Below the pieces are notes generated by a model, which worked only from the letters and a program-made list of their open reading frames with translations, was not told where the DNA came from and searched no databases. From contig CP122380.1 in NCBI GenBank assembly GCA_024650005.2, positions 1,568,001-1,632,000 of the forward strand: a stretch of 64,000 nucleotides of DNA, read 5' to 3'. The DNA is from Candidatus Bathyarchaeum tardum (GTDB lineage: Archaea > Thermoproteota > Bathyarchaeia > Bathyarchaeales > Bathyarchaeaceae). This document shows, piece by piece, positions 50,150-60,495 of this stretch. Position numbers and translations under genes: made by a program. Positions within the stretch are counted from its first letter, which is position 1. Each line of letters opens with the position of its first letter.

Positions 50150-50546
50150 TCAGTTTAACAGCAAGGTTCAAAACACGGCCATAAATTAAGTCAAAAAACA
50201 ATAGCAGCATAAAAATTTGCTCCTTCTTTAGAATTACTGAAATCCATGTATCTAGTTTCAGGATTCATCATTATTTCACTGTCCCATTGAAGCTCTTAAT
50301 CTATCTGCAAAATATCGTGAAATATCCATGTTCAACCTGCTGGGCATGCAATTATCTGACCACAATGAATAATTGTCATAACCAATTTGCTCAAATCTTA
50401 AAAAAATTGATGCTTTAGTTCCAAAGAATCCAAAATTAGGTGTATACAAAGGTTGATTGGTTGTGGTGATTATTTATTAGTCGTAATTGTAATTATGGGT
50501 GTTAATGTAATTAGTGGTTAACGTATGGAGCAGGTTGAGCGATAGA

Positions 50547-51572
50547 ATGAGGATTATTTTGGTGGGTTGGGGCGTTGTTGGTCAGAGTTTGGCTCAAATT
50601 TTTTTGGACCGAAAAAAGGATTTGGCGAAAAAGTATGGTTTTCGCCCCCGAATTGTTGCAGTAGTTGATAAAAAAGGCGCAGCCATAAACCCGAAAGGGT
50701 TAGACCTTAAAGAAATGCTCAAATTAAAAAAACAGCACGGAACGGTCTCGGCAAGCATTCAATACGGCAAATCCGACATGACCGCCCTAGAAGTCATCGA
50801 ATCTGTTGAGGCAGAAGCCATGATAGAAGTAAGCCCTACCAACATCGAAACCGCCGAACCGGGACTATCATATATCAAATCTGCATTCAAAACAAGCAAA
50901 CACGTGGTTACCACAAACAAAGGACCATTAGCTTTAGCCTTGCCTGCTTTGACTGAGCTTGCAGAATTCAACAACGTTCAACTAAGATTTAGCGGAACCG
51001 TAGGTGCAGGAACCCCAGTTTTGGAGTTTGCCAAAAACTGTTTGCAGGGCGACAAAATCCTTTCAGTTAGCGGAATTTTGAACGGAACAACCAACTATAT
51101 CTTAACGGAAATGGACGAAAAACACCTCACTTTTGATGTAGCTCTGAAAGCAGCCCAAGAACTAGGTTTTGCTGAAGCGGATCCTACCATGGATGTTGAT
51201 GGTTACGATGCAGCGGCAAAACTTGTGATTATGGCGAACTGGATTATGGATAAAAAAGTCACAATTAACGACGTGGAAATTAAGGGGATACGGGATGTTT
51301 CAGCTAAAGACATTGCTGAGGCTAACAAGAAAGGCTGCACCATTAAACTGATTGGCTCCATTACAGAAAAACTAAAAGTTGAGCCTCAACAAATATCCAA
51401 ACATCATCCCTTGGCTGTGGACGGGGCATTGAACGCAGTGACCTTTGTTTCCGAGTCAGCGGGAGAACAAACAATAATTGGTCTAGGAGCAGGCGGAGTC
51501 GAAACCGCAAGCGCAGTACTGCGAGACCTTCTAGACATAAAACAAACTATCGCCCACAAAATGGCAACATAA
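50547..51572 (+). CDS. hom: Homoserine dehydrogenase
   Basis: GWGVVG, VVTTNKGP, GILNGTTNYIL, AEADP..DVDG.DAAAK, GAGG.ETA. Confidence 0.95.
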   Translation: MRIILVGWGVVGQSLAQIFLDRKKDLAKKYGFRPRIVAVVDKKGAAINPKGLDLKEMLKLKKQHGTVSASIQYGKSDMTALEVIESVEAEAMIEVSPTNIETAEPGLSYIKSAFKTSKHVVTTNKGPLALALPALTELAEFNNVQLRFSGTVGAGTPVLEFAKNCLQGDKILSVSGILNGTTNYILTEMDEKHLTFDVALKAAQELGFAEADPTMDVDGYDAAAKLVIMANWIMDKKVTINDVEIKGIRDVSAKDIAEANKKGCTIKLIGSITEKLKVEPQQISKHHPLAVDGALNAVTFVSESAGEQTIIGLGAGGVETASAVLRDLLDIKQTIAHKMAT

Positions 51573-51588
51573 CAAGGAGAAAAAAAGC

Positions 51589-52995
51589 TTGAAAAAAATA
51601 GTCATGAAATTTGGAGGTAGCTCTGTCGCCAATGGCGAAAAAATCCGCAACGTAGCAAACCTGATTAAAGACAACAAAAACGATAACCAAATAGTGGTAG
51701 TTGTTTCAGCTCTGCAAGGAATAACTAACCAACTAATTCAAGCAGCTGTACAGGCAAAGACAGGCAACACCAAATTCATCAAAGAATTCAAGCAAGAAAT
51801 CCTTGAACGCCACCAAACCACAATAAAAGAGGCAATCCAAGACACAGTAATCCAAGAAATCGTTTGGAAACTAGTAGAATCCAGAATATGTGAACTAGAA
51901 CAAGTACTAACTGGAATCAGCTACGTGGGAGAACTCACCCCAAAATCCCGAGACCTTGTAATCTCTTTTGGAGAAAAACTGTCTGCCCCAATCGTAAGCG
52001 CAACTTTAAATGATATAAGGGTAACTTCGGAACATTTCACAGGGGGAGAAGCAGGGATAGTAACTGACTCAAACTTTGGAGAAGCTAGTTTGCTGATGAA
52101 CGTTACTAAATTTGAACTCAAAAAGAACATAGAACCCCTCTTAGAGAAGGGAACGGTCCCAGTAATCACAGGGTTTATCGCCCAAACCCAAAACGGAGAA
52201 ACCACCACTGTAGGTAGAGGAGGATCAGATTACACAGCCACTATCGTAGGGGCAGCCCTTGAAGCCGAAGAAATCTGGATATGGACCGACGTAGACGGCT
52301 TGATGACCTCAGACCCTAAACTGGTTCCTGAAGCAAAAATAATCCCAAAAATTAGCTTCCAAGAAGCAACCGAACTAACAATCTTTGGCGCAAAAGCAAT
52401 GCACCCCCGAGCCCTTGAACCCGCAAGAAAAGAAGGTATACCCGTAAGAATCAGAAACGTGTTCAACCCAAGCAACCATGGAACCCTGATAATGGAAAAC
52501 GGCAAACTGGAAACAAAAAATGGAGTTAAAGCAGTAACTATCGTCAAAAACGTTGCCCTTATAACCGTCAGCGGCTCAGGCATGGTTGGTGCCCCTGGAA
52601 CGGCAGCCAAAGTTTTTGAAGTTCTGGGAAAAGAAAACATCAACATATTGATGATTTCCCAAAGTGTTTCTGAAGCTAACATTTCCATAGTAATTCATCG
52701 AAGCCTTCTGGAACGGGCAGTTAACACCCTTGAACTTGCATTGCTAGGAAAAGAATTCATCCATGAAATCATCTCCGAAGACGACGTATGCGTAGTCGCA
52801 GTCCTAGGCGCAGGCATGAAAGGCATGGTAGGTGTAGCTTCCAGAATCTTTTCAGCAGTAGCTAGCAAAAAAATCAACGTTAACATGATAGCCCAAGGCT
52901 CATCTGAACTCAACGTGTCCTTTGTGGTCAAAGAAAAAGACGGACCAGAAACAGTCAAAGCAATTCACAAAGAATTCAAACTGGACGAAAAATAA
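51589..52995 (+). CDS. ask: Aspartate kinase with two ACT domains
   Basis: VMKFGGSS, SFGEKLS, GRGGSDYTA, WTDVDG, ISQSVSE, IAQGSSE. Confidence 0.95.
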   Translation: MKKIVMKFGGSSVANGEKIRNVANLIKDNKNDNQIVVVVSALQGITNQLIQAAVQAKTGNTKFIKEFKQEILERHQTTIKEAIQDTVIQEIVWKLVESRICELEQVLTGISYVGELTPKSRDLVISFGEKLSAPIVSATLNDIRVTSEHFTGGEAGIVTDSNFGEASLLMNVTKFELKKNIEPLLEKGTVPVITGFIAQTQNGETTTVGRGGSDYTATIVGAALEAEEIWIWTDVDGLMTSDPKLVPEAKIIPKISFQEATELTIFGAKAMHPRALEPARKEGIPVRIRNVFNPSNHGTLIMENGKLETKNGVKAVTIVKNVALITVSGSGMVGAPGTAAKVFEVLGKENINILMISQSVSEANISIVIHRSLLERAVNTLELALLGKEFIHEIISEDDVCVVAVLGAGMKGMVGVASRIFSAVASKKINVNMIAQGSSELNVSFVVKEKDGPETVKAIHKEFKLDEK

Positions 52996-53078
52996 GCTCT
53001 ACACCTTTTCATTTTTTTGTTCTTTACTAGTTAGTTTCAAAAAGGGTAAAGTTTTAAACATGCACACCTTACCGAGTA

Positions 53079-53138
53079 GTTGTGATGAGGGACACCATTC
53101 TGAACCTTCGTAATGATGAGATGGAGCGACTCTGAAAC
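53079..53138 (+). ncRNA. Box C/D guide sRNA
   Basis: C GTGATGA 53082-88, D' CTGA 53100-03, C' ATGATGA 53113-19, D CTGA 53132-35; 11- and 12-nt guides; GTT/AAC terminal stem; TTTTAAA upstream. Confidence 0.9.
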
Positions 53139-53288
53139 GGCTTACGGACCATAACAAACAATGTTAAAGTCCATGTAGACGCAAAACTGTAAATAATGCA
53201 GAAAGCGGATGACAACAAAGCTAAAAACTCACGTAACCTTTAAGAAGCACAGAAAGGGAAAAAGTATCCGAAAAGGAAAGCGATCAAT

Positions 53289-53378
53289 ATGGCACGACAT
53301 CACGGCATGACAAAAAAGACCGCCAAAAAGAAACAAAAACGAGTAAAGAAGAAAAGACAAAAAAGACGGAAGAGGTAA
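53289..53378 (+). CDS. 29-aa Lys/Arg-rich peptide (not in ORF track)
   Basis: MARHHGMTKKTAKKKQKRVKKKRQKRRKR; upstream TTTAAG, downstream T-tracts. Confidence 0.55.
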   Translation: MARHHGMTKKTAKKKQKRVKKKRQKRRKR

Positions 53379-53524
53379 AACTAAGATTGCCCGTTTTTCT
53401 CATTTCTTTTGCACCAAAAATGTGCCACTAAAAGGCACTTACTAAAATTTTGATTTACGAAACCCACATCATATAAAGTGGATATTATAATTAGCGAAAA
53501 TGTTGTTGTTCTTAGGTTTTATAA

Positions 53525-54355
53525 TCAAACCATCGCGGGAAAAAGAACTGCACTTAACGAAGGAATTGAAACATTAAGCCAAATGTAAACTGCAACTATT
53601 AACATCAAAACAGAGATCACAACCAGTACATAATCAGACCGCTTCAACTTGAGGGCATACAAATTTGTACGATTTTTGCTAGCACCCCAGGCACGGGATT
53701 CCATCGCTTCAGCAAGTTCAAGGCTTCTTCGAATTGCATTCACTATCAATGGAATAAGAATTGGAATATAATTTCTGACCCGTTTAAGCAAGTTTCCACG
53801 CTCTAGTTCTAGCCCGCGGGCTTTTTGGGCATCCATTATGGTTTGGGCTTCGTCAGCTAAAACGGGAACGAAACGAACCGCAGTAGTGAAAGCAAAACAA
53901 AACTCGTAAGGAACATGACTTTGCTGCAGGGCTAACCCGAGATGATCGGGGGAAGTTGTTAAAAAGAAAACAGAAAAAGATGCAATTAAAACAACAAAAC
54001 GCAGGGTCATTGATATGGAGCGCTCCAACAGCACCAAATATTCGAAAGCAGTATCCACTGGAGGAGTTATTTGAGGAAACGATGCAGGATACAAGAACCC
54101 AAAAATGAAGTTAGTTGCAAAAATAAACACTGCCAACAGTAAGGCACCTCGCAGGGAACGCAACCATTGACGGTTAACTTTGGCGACAAATACGAAAGGC
54201 AAAGGAACCATAAACAAAACAAGCAACGCGAACAGGTTCGTGAACAGGATAGCCATAACAAACAAGACTAAAACAAAGAAAAACTTGACCCGTGGGTCTA
54301 AATCATGAACCAAAGAAGAAACTTTTCTGAACTTGAATCCTTCAAAAACGCTCAT
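53525..54355 (-). CDS. ecfT: ECF transporter T component
   Basis: LDPRVK, RFVP, AQKARG, AMESRA. Confidence 0.93.
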   Translation of the reverse strand: MSVFEGFKFRKVSSLVHDLDPRVKFFFVLVLFVMAILFTNLFALLVLFMVPLPFVFVAKVNRQWLRSLRGALLLAVFIFATNFIFGFLYPASFPQITPPVDTAFEYLVLLERSISMTLRFVVLIASFSVFFLTTSPDHLGLALQQSHVPYEFCFAFTTAVRFVPVLADEAQTIMDAQKARGLELERGNLLKRVRNYIPILIPLIVNAIRRSLELAEAMESRAWGASKNRTNLYALKLKRSDYVLVVISVLMLIVAVYIWLNVSIPSLSAVLFPAMV

Positions 54356-55173
54356 GATTTTTTCCTCAACCGGTTTAGTAAAATTTTTGTGGCTTCATGA
54401 ACGTCAATAACATCAGTAGGCAACCCCAAATCTTCTAGTTCCAAAAAAATCTTGGTAATCTGAGGAGGAACAATAGAAGCCTGCGCCAACAACTTTGTGT
54501 CATTTAAAATTTTTTCAGCTACACCGTCAAGCAAAATCTGGCCTTGACGCATCAAAATAACTCGAGGATTACATTCTGCTACAAATTCCACATCGTGAGT
54601 AACAACAACTACAGTTTTTTTCTGGGCATTCAACTGCAAAATAAAATGTTGCAACTTTTCTTTCTGGCGATGGTCCTGACCAATAGTGGGTTCATCCAAA
54701 ATAACTACCTGAGGATCCCATGCAAGAATTGAAGCTAAAGCTACCCGTTTTCGTTCTCCGCCACTGAGCATAAAAGGTGAAGTTTTTCTGTACTGCACCA
54801 CATCCAGTAGATTCAGCGCCCAATCAACTTGTTTTTTGATTACTGCTTCTTCGAAGCCAAAGTTCTTTAGAGCAAAAGCAATTTCGTCTTCTACTGTTTC
54901 ACTAAATAATTGATGGTCAGGATTTTGGAACACAAAACCAACATTACGAGCCAACTTAGCAACACTTACGTCCCGGGTGCTCACGCCGTCAACAAGGACT
55001 TCACCGTGGGTGGGTTTCAACAGTCCGTTAAAGTGTTTAACTAAAGTAGTTTTTCCAGCCCCATTTTGACCCATGATCGCCAAGAATTCCCCGTCATTTA
55101 CTGTGAGGTTGATTCCTTTCAGGGCTTCAAAACCAGTAGAGTAAGAGTAATAGAGGTCTTTTACTTCAAGCAT
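54352..55173 (-). CDS. ecfA2: ECF transporter ATPase
   Basis: GQNGAGKT, FQNPDHQ, LSGGE, DEPT. Confidence 0.9.
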   Translation of the reverse strand: MLEVKDLYYSYSTGFEALKGINLTVNDGEFLAIMGQNGAGKTTLVKHFNGLLKPTHGEVLVDGVSTRDVSVAKLARNVGFVFQNPDHQLFSETVEDEIAFALKNFGFEEAVIKKQVDWALNLLDVVQYRKTSPFMLSGGERKRVALASILAWDPQVVILDEPTIGQDHRQKEKLQHFILQLNAQKKTVVVVTHDVEFVAECNPRVILMRQGQILLDGVAEKILNDTKLLAQASIVPPQITKIFLELEDLGLPTDVIDVHEATKILLNRLRKKS

Positions 55174-56014
55174 TCTTTAAAGCCTCCCGCAAAAGTTGTG
55201 CCACTTCTTCTGGAGTAACGGGAATGGTTTTCAGGTCAATTCCATTCTTCTTTAGATATAGATATAGTTCAGTGGCTTTTGGAATTCCAATGCCAATTAG
55301 CCGAGCTTGTTCTGAGGTAAAAATTTCTTGGGGAGTTCCAGCCATGGCAATTTCACCGTTGTTCATTACAATAACACGGTTAGCATACTTTGCTGCAAGA
55401 TCAAGGCGATGTTCGACCAGAATGATAGTGATTCCTAGTTCTTTGTTGAGTTGGCTTATTACTTCAAAAATTTTTTCTGCACCCAAAGGGTCAAGAAAAG
55501 AAGTGGGTTCATCAAGTATTATAATGTCGGGCTGCATTGCTAGAACTGAAGCTATAGCAACCCGTTGTTGTTGTCCACCTGAAAGTTCGTGAGGGGGTCT
55601 TTCGGTTAGTTCACTTATTCCTGCTTGTTCCAGCGCCCAGTCTACTCGTTTTCTCATTTCATCGCGGGGCATGGCAAAATTTTCTAATCCAAAGGCAACA
55701 TCTTTTTCAACGGATAATGCAAATAATTGATTTTCCGGGTTTTGGAACACTAACCCAACATGGCGAGCAAGTTCATGAATTTGATGTTCAGCTACATTTA
55801 ATCCAGCAACGGATATTTTTCCTACCAAAATGCCATTGTAAAAATGGGGAACCAAACCATTAAAGCACCGACAAAGAGTTGTTTTTCCGCATCCGCTGGG
55901 ACCAGTTAAAATTACAAAATCGCCCTTGTTTATTGTGATTGAAACATTCTTAATTGACGGCGTTTTAGCGTTAGGATAAGAATATGTAAGATTATTAGTT
56001 TCAATCACTGCCAA
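55166..56014 (-). CDS. ecfA1: ECF transporter ATPase
   Basis: GPSGCGKT, FQNPENQ, LSGGQ, DEPT. Confidence 0.9.
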   Translation of the reverse strand: MAVIETNNLTYSYPNAKTPSIKNVSITINKGDFVILTGPSGCGKTTLCRCFNGLVPHFYNGILVGKISVAGLNVAEHQIHELARHVGLVFQNPENQLFALSVEKDVAFGLENFAMPRDEMRKRVDWALEQAGISELTERPPHELSGGQQQRVAIASVLAMQPDIIILDEPTSFLDPLGAEKIFEVISQLNKELGITIILVEHRLDLAAKYANRVIVMNNGEIAMAGTPQEIFTSEQARLIGIGIPKATELYLYLKKNGIDLKTIPVTPEEVAQLLREALKNA

Positions 56015-56075
56015 TATTATCCGCCAGCCTAAAGCAATTTTTTATATCCATTTAAGAGTAGCTACCCAAAAAGGG

Positions 56076-57056
56076 TTAACTTAATTTCTGTTTTATGAGC
56101 TTTTCACAAAAATTCAGACACCCATTTACGTCTCCATTGCCGTTTGCACCAGCAGAAACAGAATGCCCACCACCCATACCCCCCAAAAATTCACCAAGGG
56201 GTGTTGCCAAATCGCGACCCATGTGGATTCCAGTTTCGGTAAAGAATTCGTGGGAGGCTCTAAAACTTACTTGAATTCCACCATCTTTTTCTCCTGCAAC
56301 AATAGCAACATGAGCCCCAAAGGCAACCAGTCCGCGAGCAGCTGAAGCTTGAAAAGTGCTAAGACGAGAAAGGGCAATCAACCAGTTATTGACTTTCACA
56401 ATTTTCATCCTACCAGCGGTTTTTAGTCGTGCAACACGTTCCGAATAATCCATAGGCAATGAAAGAATAGGAAGTGTCTCTCGAGGGTTTACAATTTGTG
56501 CAAGTTCTGCAACAATTTTTAAAGTTTCCGAACCAGCCAAAATGAAGTGTCTGCTGTCAAAAGCAATTCCAAGAAACAGCGCTTTTGCAGAAGCAACAGA
56601 TGGCTTGATTTTTGCTTCTTTAAACAGCCTGTAAACGATTTCACAAGTCGAAGAAGCAGTTTCATCAGTTACTGAAAGAGCTGAAATATGTTCAGTTTCA
56701 GGATGCGGGGCGTGATGGTCAATCAAAAGTATCGGCTGCGCAGGTTGGAGCAGGGCAGCCCAGTCATCCAACTGTTGGGTAGTATTTGTGTCAAGTAAAA
56801 CAACCAAATCAGCATTTTCTATCTGAGGCTGATCAGTAAGCTCCACATTTACAGCTTTAATTACAGCTTTGGAAAGTTTACTAGGTCCAGCAGCAGCCCC
56901 AATTTCAGTTTTTAAGTTTGGCCTTAACTGTTTTAACAAGTTGTCAAAAGCAAAAGCCGCGCCAATTGCATCGGGGTCTGCGTTATGATGACATAAAAGA
57001 ACGACTAGTTTAGCATCAAGCTTGTCGATTAAAGAGGTTATTTTTCTGATTTGCAC
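56076..57056 (-). CDS. DHH-DHHA1 phosphoesterase
   Basis: HHNADPDA, LLDT, IDHH, GGGH..SAG. Confidence 0.92.
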   Translation of the reverse strand: MQIRKITSLIDKLDAKLVVLLCHHNADPDAIGAAFAFDNLLKQLRPNLKTEIGAAAGPSKLSKAVIKAVNVELTDQPQIENADLVVLLDTNTTQQLDDWAALLQPAQPILLIDHHAPHPETEHISALSVTDETASSTCEIVYRLFKEAKIKPSVASAKALFLGIAFDSRHFILAGSETLKIVAELAQIVNPRETLPILSLPMDYSERVARLKTAGRMKIVKVNNWLIALSRLSTFQASAARGLVAFGAHVAIVAGEKDGGIQVSFRASHEFFTETGIHMGRDLATPLGEFLGGMGGGHSVSAGANGNGDVNGCLNFCEKLIKQKLS

Positions 57057-57340
57057 TTGAGTTCCCTCAAGTATTCTTCAATAACAATGAAGGCTTGTTT
57101 TGTTGCTTCTCTGGTTAAGTATTCAACATCAAAGTCTTTCATTATTGGGGATAATACAACGTTTACGTCAACGTCTATCGTTATGGGTTTGATGCCTTGG
57201 GCATCCACAAATACATCAAGGTCAATTATTCTGCTTGTAGACACCTGAGAAAGAACATATTTTCGGGCAGCTAATTCTGCCTTTTCACATAGTTCTTGCA
57301 CTTGCTCAAGGGTAAGTTCAGGGATGCCAATTTCTGCCAA
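57038..57340 (-). CDS. DUF3194-like protein
   Basis: IGIPELT..Q...L.E.AE.AARKY; usual position after pfdB. Confidence 0.7.
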   Translation of the reverse strand: MAEIGIPELTLEQVQELCEKAELAARKYVLSQVSTSRIIDLDVFVDAQGIKPITIDVDVNVVLSPIMKDFDVEYLTREATKQAFIVIEEYLRELKCKSEK

Positions 57341-57353
57341 AAGGCACTCATCC

Positions 57354-57722
57354 CTAAGCAGAACCAGATACGGGACTCAAGTCTTGCTGCAGTTGCTCTT
57401 GAAGCTCTTTGACCTGAGTTTTAATGCGCTCATCTTGTTTGGCTATCACGTCAACTCTCATTTTCAAGAGTTCTTTGCGTTCAGAAAGTTCTGTTTCAAC
57501 AGTATTTTTTTCCGATTTTACAAGAAGTGCACCAATGGATTTGTAAACAACAGCAGTTTCATCTAGTTTTTCTAATTCAACTTTGGCTTGTTCAACTTCG
57601 TTGAGTTGCATTTCTAGCTGCTGTTTTTGTGCCATTATACCTTGAAGGGTTTGTTGTAACTGTTGAAGCCTCATTAATCGTTGCTGTACTTGGGGTGGAA
57701 GTTTAGAAATCTCTTCGCTCAT
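57354..57722 (-). CDS. pfdB: Prefoldin beta subunit
   Basis: LPPQVQ, coiled coils flanking VYKSIGALLVK. Confidence 0.95.
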   Translation of the reverse strand: MSEEISKLPPQVQQRLMRLQQLQQTLQGIMAQKQQLEMQLNEVEQAKVELEKLDETAVVYKSIGALLVKSEKNTVETELSERKELLKMRVDVIAKQDERIKTQVKELQEQLQQDLSPVSGSA

Positions 57723-57791
57723 TTTATATTCCTCAAACATTTGACTGTGAGTTATTCAGCTTAAATAACTTGGCACATATTAAGCGTTTCA

Positions 57792-58046
57792 CTAAAAATC
57801 TGATTCAGTAAACTTTTGAAGATTCATTGCTACTCCAATTAATCGCAGATATGAATTCATTGCTGCCCGCAATGCAGAGGTGTCTGCTGCTCTGAAATCT
57901 AAAATCAGGGTTTGCCCTTCAGTAGTCATACAGACTTTTGAGCGACTAGTAGATGCAGAATCAATTTCAGGTTTAAGGGCGTGTATTACTACGTGCAATT
58001 GTTTATCAGAAAAAAAGTTCAGACGCACAACAGCTTTGGCATTCAT
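57792..58046 (-). CDS. pcc1: KEOPS subunit Pcc1
   Basis: ALKPE, A.DTSALRAAMNSYLR. Confidence 0.92.
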   Translation of the reverse strand: MNAKAVVRLNFFSDKQLHVVIHALKPEIDSASTSRSKVCMTTEGQTLILDFRAADTSALRAAMNSYLRLIGVAMNLQKFTESDF

Positions 58047-58588
58047 GATGAAACGTCCCAAATTAACCTTGAAAAAGTTACCTGAGGTCCTATTTCAACC
58101 ATTCGTTGAAGCATAACAAAGGTCATTTTGACTCGCCGAGAAGAATCAAAGGACAAATGCATAGAAACCTGATGATTTTCAGATGTTTCATCCAAGGGCA
58201 AAACAGGCAAACCAAAAAACTTGGACAAACATCCAGCTAAACGTTGTAACCCAGAAGAAGAGTTAGGTTCTAAAGTAATCACAGAAGATTTGATACGGCT
58301 AATTTGTTTTAGTTCTCGTCGCAAACGTATGCTTTGAATAACCATTAAAGGAGAAACAGCAGTTAACCCAAAGGATATATTAAACAAACCAATTTTTCCA
58401 GGAGCTCCATGCCATCGACCAACAACTATTACGCGGTCACAATTTAGTTCAAGTGCCTTTTCTGCAACTGCATCTAAACTCATTTTTCCACGATTCACGC
58501 GGTTAACATCAGGAAGAGATGAAAATAAATCTCGACAAAAACTGCGGATTCTTTGGGTGGGTCTTCGAGAAGTAGTTAATAAAATCAA
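58043..58588 (-). CDS. Brix-domain ribosome biogenesis protein
   Basis: LLTTSRRP..RIRSF..DL, NRGK, EIGP. Confidence 0.9.
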   Translation of the reverse strand: MILLTTSRRPTQRIRSFCRDLFSSLPDVNRVNRGKMSLDAVAEKALELNCDRVIVVGRWHGAPGKIGLFNISFGLTAVSPLMVIQSIRLRRELKQISRIKSSVITLEPNSSSGLQRLAGCLSKFFGLPVLPLDETSENHQVSMHLSFDSSRRVKMTFVMLQRMVEIGPQVTFSRLIWDVSS

Positions 58589-58643
58589 TTTTAGTCCACC
58601 TCAACAAAAAAGGTGGCAGAAAGGCATAAGCCTTCTGGAAGAT

Positions 58644-58919
58644 TTAGGATTCGGAAGAGGTTGCACTCTTTACTTGGCGCTTTGCTACAACTCCAAGTTT
58701 TGTAACTGGAGTATAGGCTCCACCAGCAAAAGTTACATCACATTTTCGACAGTTCCAAATACCGACACTTTCACGCTTGACCGCCTCTGCACCACATTGT
58801 GGACATTTGTGGATCCGTCTGACTTCTGTTAATACTTTGACGTAACGTTTCCTGATTGTTGCACCATAACGAGTACCAAGACCTCGAGTCATCGCAACTT
58901 TTTTTGTATTTCTTCCCAT
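58644..58919 (-). CDS. rpl37ae: 50S ribosomal protein eL43 (L37Ae)
   Basis: GTRYGATIRK, CPQC, GIWNCRKC, FAGGAY. Confidence 0.97.
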   Translation of the reverse strand: MGRNTKKVAMTRGLGTRYGATIRKRYVKVLTEVRRIHKCPQCGAEAVKRESVGIWNCRKCDVTFAGGAYTPVTKLGVVAKRQVKSATSSES

Positions 58920-59719
58920 CAGCTTTTAACCACGATTTTTCTTAATTCTGAAGACTTTTCAGATGCAATTTTTACTGCTTCAAATATTTCTTCTTTGGTA
59001 AAGAAGCCTCCGCCGCCACCTTTCTGCATTGCGCAGATGTTTCCGTCTTTGTTCATTGTTATCGTCAATCTTGCATCCATGACGTGTTCTTCATCAAGTC
59101 CAGTGTCCAATATGAGCTTATCGCCTATTTTAGCAAAAGTAACTGCTACAGGATGGTCAATCACAGGAAGAGGAGTATACCCTGGCTTCTTCACGATCTG
59201 ACAATCTTCTACAGTATACTTGAACATTTTTGCATTAATCAAAGCTGCCAAAGCTGCAATAGCTGAAGCGTCAATTAAGTTTCCGTCATGATTAAGAACA
59301 TAAATGTCCACGAAAACAACGAACACCAGTTTACCAGGTTCCACACAGAGTTTTTCCACATCGATTGCTCCAGATTCACGTATTCCACGGTCTACAACTC
59401 GAGCTAACTCTACGGCGTCTTCACCGGGTGGTCCAGTTTCAAAATCTGGAGAGGCAAGAGGCACAAGTTCAGCGTTGCAAGTAAGAACACCTTTATCAGG
59501 GGTATCAGGGAACGGAGTTCCAGTTCCGATTTTAATGCCAACCATAACATCAGTTTGACCTAGATGTACACGAGCAGAACCTTCAGCCTTTTCGATTACT
59601 CCAAGTTCGATTTTGATATCACGGTAGTCGGTAAGTCCGCGTCCATCGGTTCTTTGACCGTCTTTTAGAAGCTCACTTATTCGTTTCTTTTTCACATTTA
59701 CAACAACAGATGAGGTCAT
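58919..59719 (-). CDS. rrp42: Exosome subunit Rrp42
   Basis: [30 protein letters not shown]. Confidence 0.97.
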   Translation of the reverse strand: MTSSVVVNVKKKRISELLKDGQRTDGRGLTDYRDIKIELGVIEKAEGSARVHLGQTDVMVGIKIGTGTPFPDTPDKGVLTCNAELVPLASPDFETGPPGEDAVELARVVDRGIRESGAIDVEKLCVEPGKLVFVVFVDIYVLNHDGNLIDASAIAALAALINAKMFKYTVEDCQIVKKPGYTPLPVIDHPVAVTFAKIGDKLILDTGLDEEHVMDARLTITMNKDGNICAMQKGGGGGFFTKEEIFEAVKIASEKSSELRKIVVKS

Positions 59720-60495
59720 TCTTCTTTTTCCTCCTCAATAACATATTTTGCCTTTAACGCTTCCTTCTGAACTTCATACAGTTTCTTACAGCCTTCAACA
59801 GCCATATTAACTGCAGTTTCGAATTCTTCAGTGGATAGATTTCCGTCCATTTGCAATAAAGTAATTGCATCCAAGTTAGGCATGTAAGCTACAGGCACGT
59901 CGGCTTCACCAACTTTGTCTTCTGTGTCCATTAGGTCAAGGGCGATTTTTCCGCTAGCTTTACCTGCTGCACATGCTACAACTAAGTCGCGCATAGGAAT
60001 TCCAGCGTCAGCCAGTGCAAGAGCGGCAGCAGTTATTCCTGCACATCTTGTTCCGCCGTCAGCTTGTAAAATTTCTATGTATACTTGAATTGAGGTACGG
60101 GGATAATATTCAAGAAAAACTGCTGGCTCTAAGGCTTCTCGAATAACTTTGGAGAGCTCAACATCTCTTCTTGAAGGAGCAGGAGACTTTCGTTCATCAA
60201 CAGAGAAAGGTGCCATATGATAACGACATTGAATAACAGCGCGATCTTGTTGGGCTATATGGCGTGGATGTGCCTCTTTAGGTCCGTAGACACCAACAAG
60301 AATTTTGTTTCGTCCTTGTTCTAGATATGATGAACCATCTGCGTTTGGAAGAACACCAACTTCCATTTTTACTGGACGCAATTCATCCACTTTTCGTCCA
60401 TCTAAACGAATGCCTTTTTTGTCAACCAATGTTTCAGATTTTTTGGTTGACTTTTTCTCTTGCTCTTTTTTAGTTTTCTTTTTACTTGCTGTCAA
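59716..60495 (-). CDS. rrp41: Exosome subunit Rrp41
   Basis: [22 protein letters not shown]. Confidence 0.97.
   Translation of the reverse strand: MTASKKKTKKEQEKKSTKKSETLVDKKGIRLDGRKVDELRPVKMEVGVLPNADGSSYLEQGRNKILVGVYGPKEAHPRHIAQQDRAVIQCRYHMAPFSVDERKSPAPSRRDVELSKVIREALEPAVFLEYYPRTSIQVYIEILQADGGTRCAGITAAALALADAGIPMRDLVVACAAGKASGKIALDLMDTEDKVGEADVPVAYMPNLDAITLLQMDGNLSTEEFETAVNMAVEGCKKLYEVQKEALKAKYVIEEEKEE

Noticed and set aside
50246-50290. Mini-ORF MYLVSGFIIISLSH with three Ile upstream of hom
   Set aside because: More than 250 nt from hom, no SD, no linked hairpin; expected by chance in AT-rich DNA
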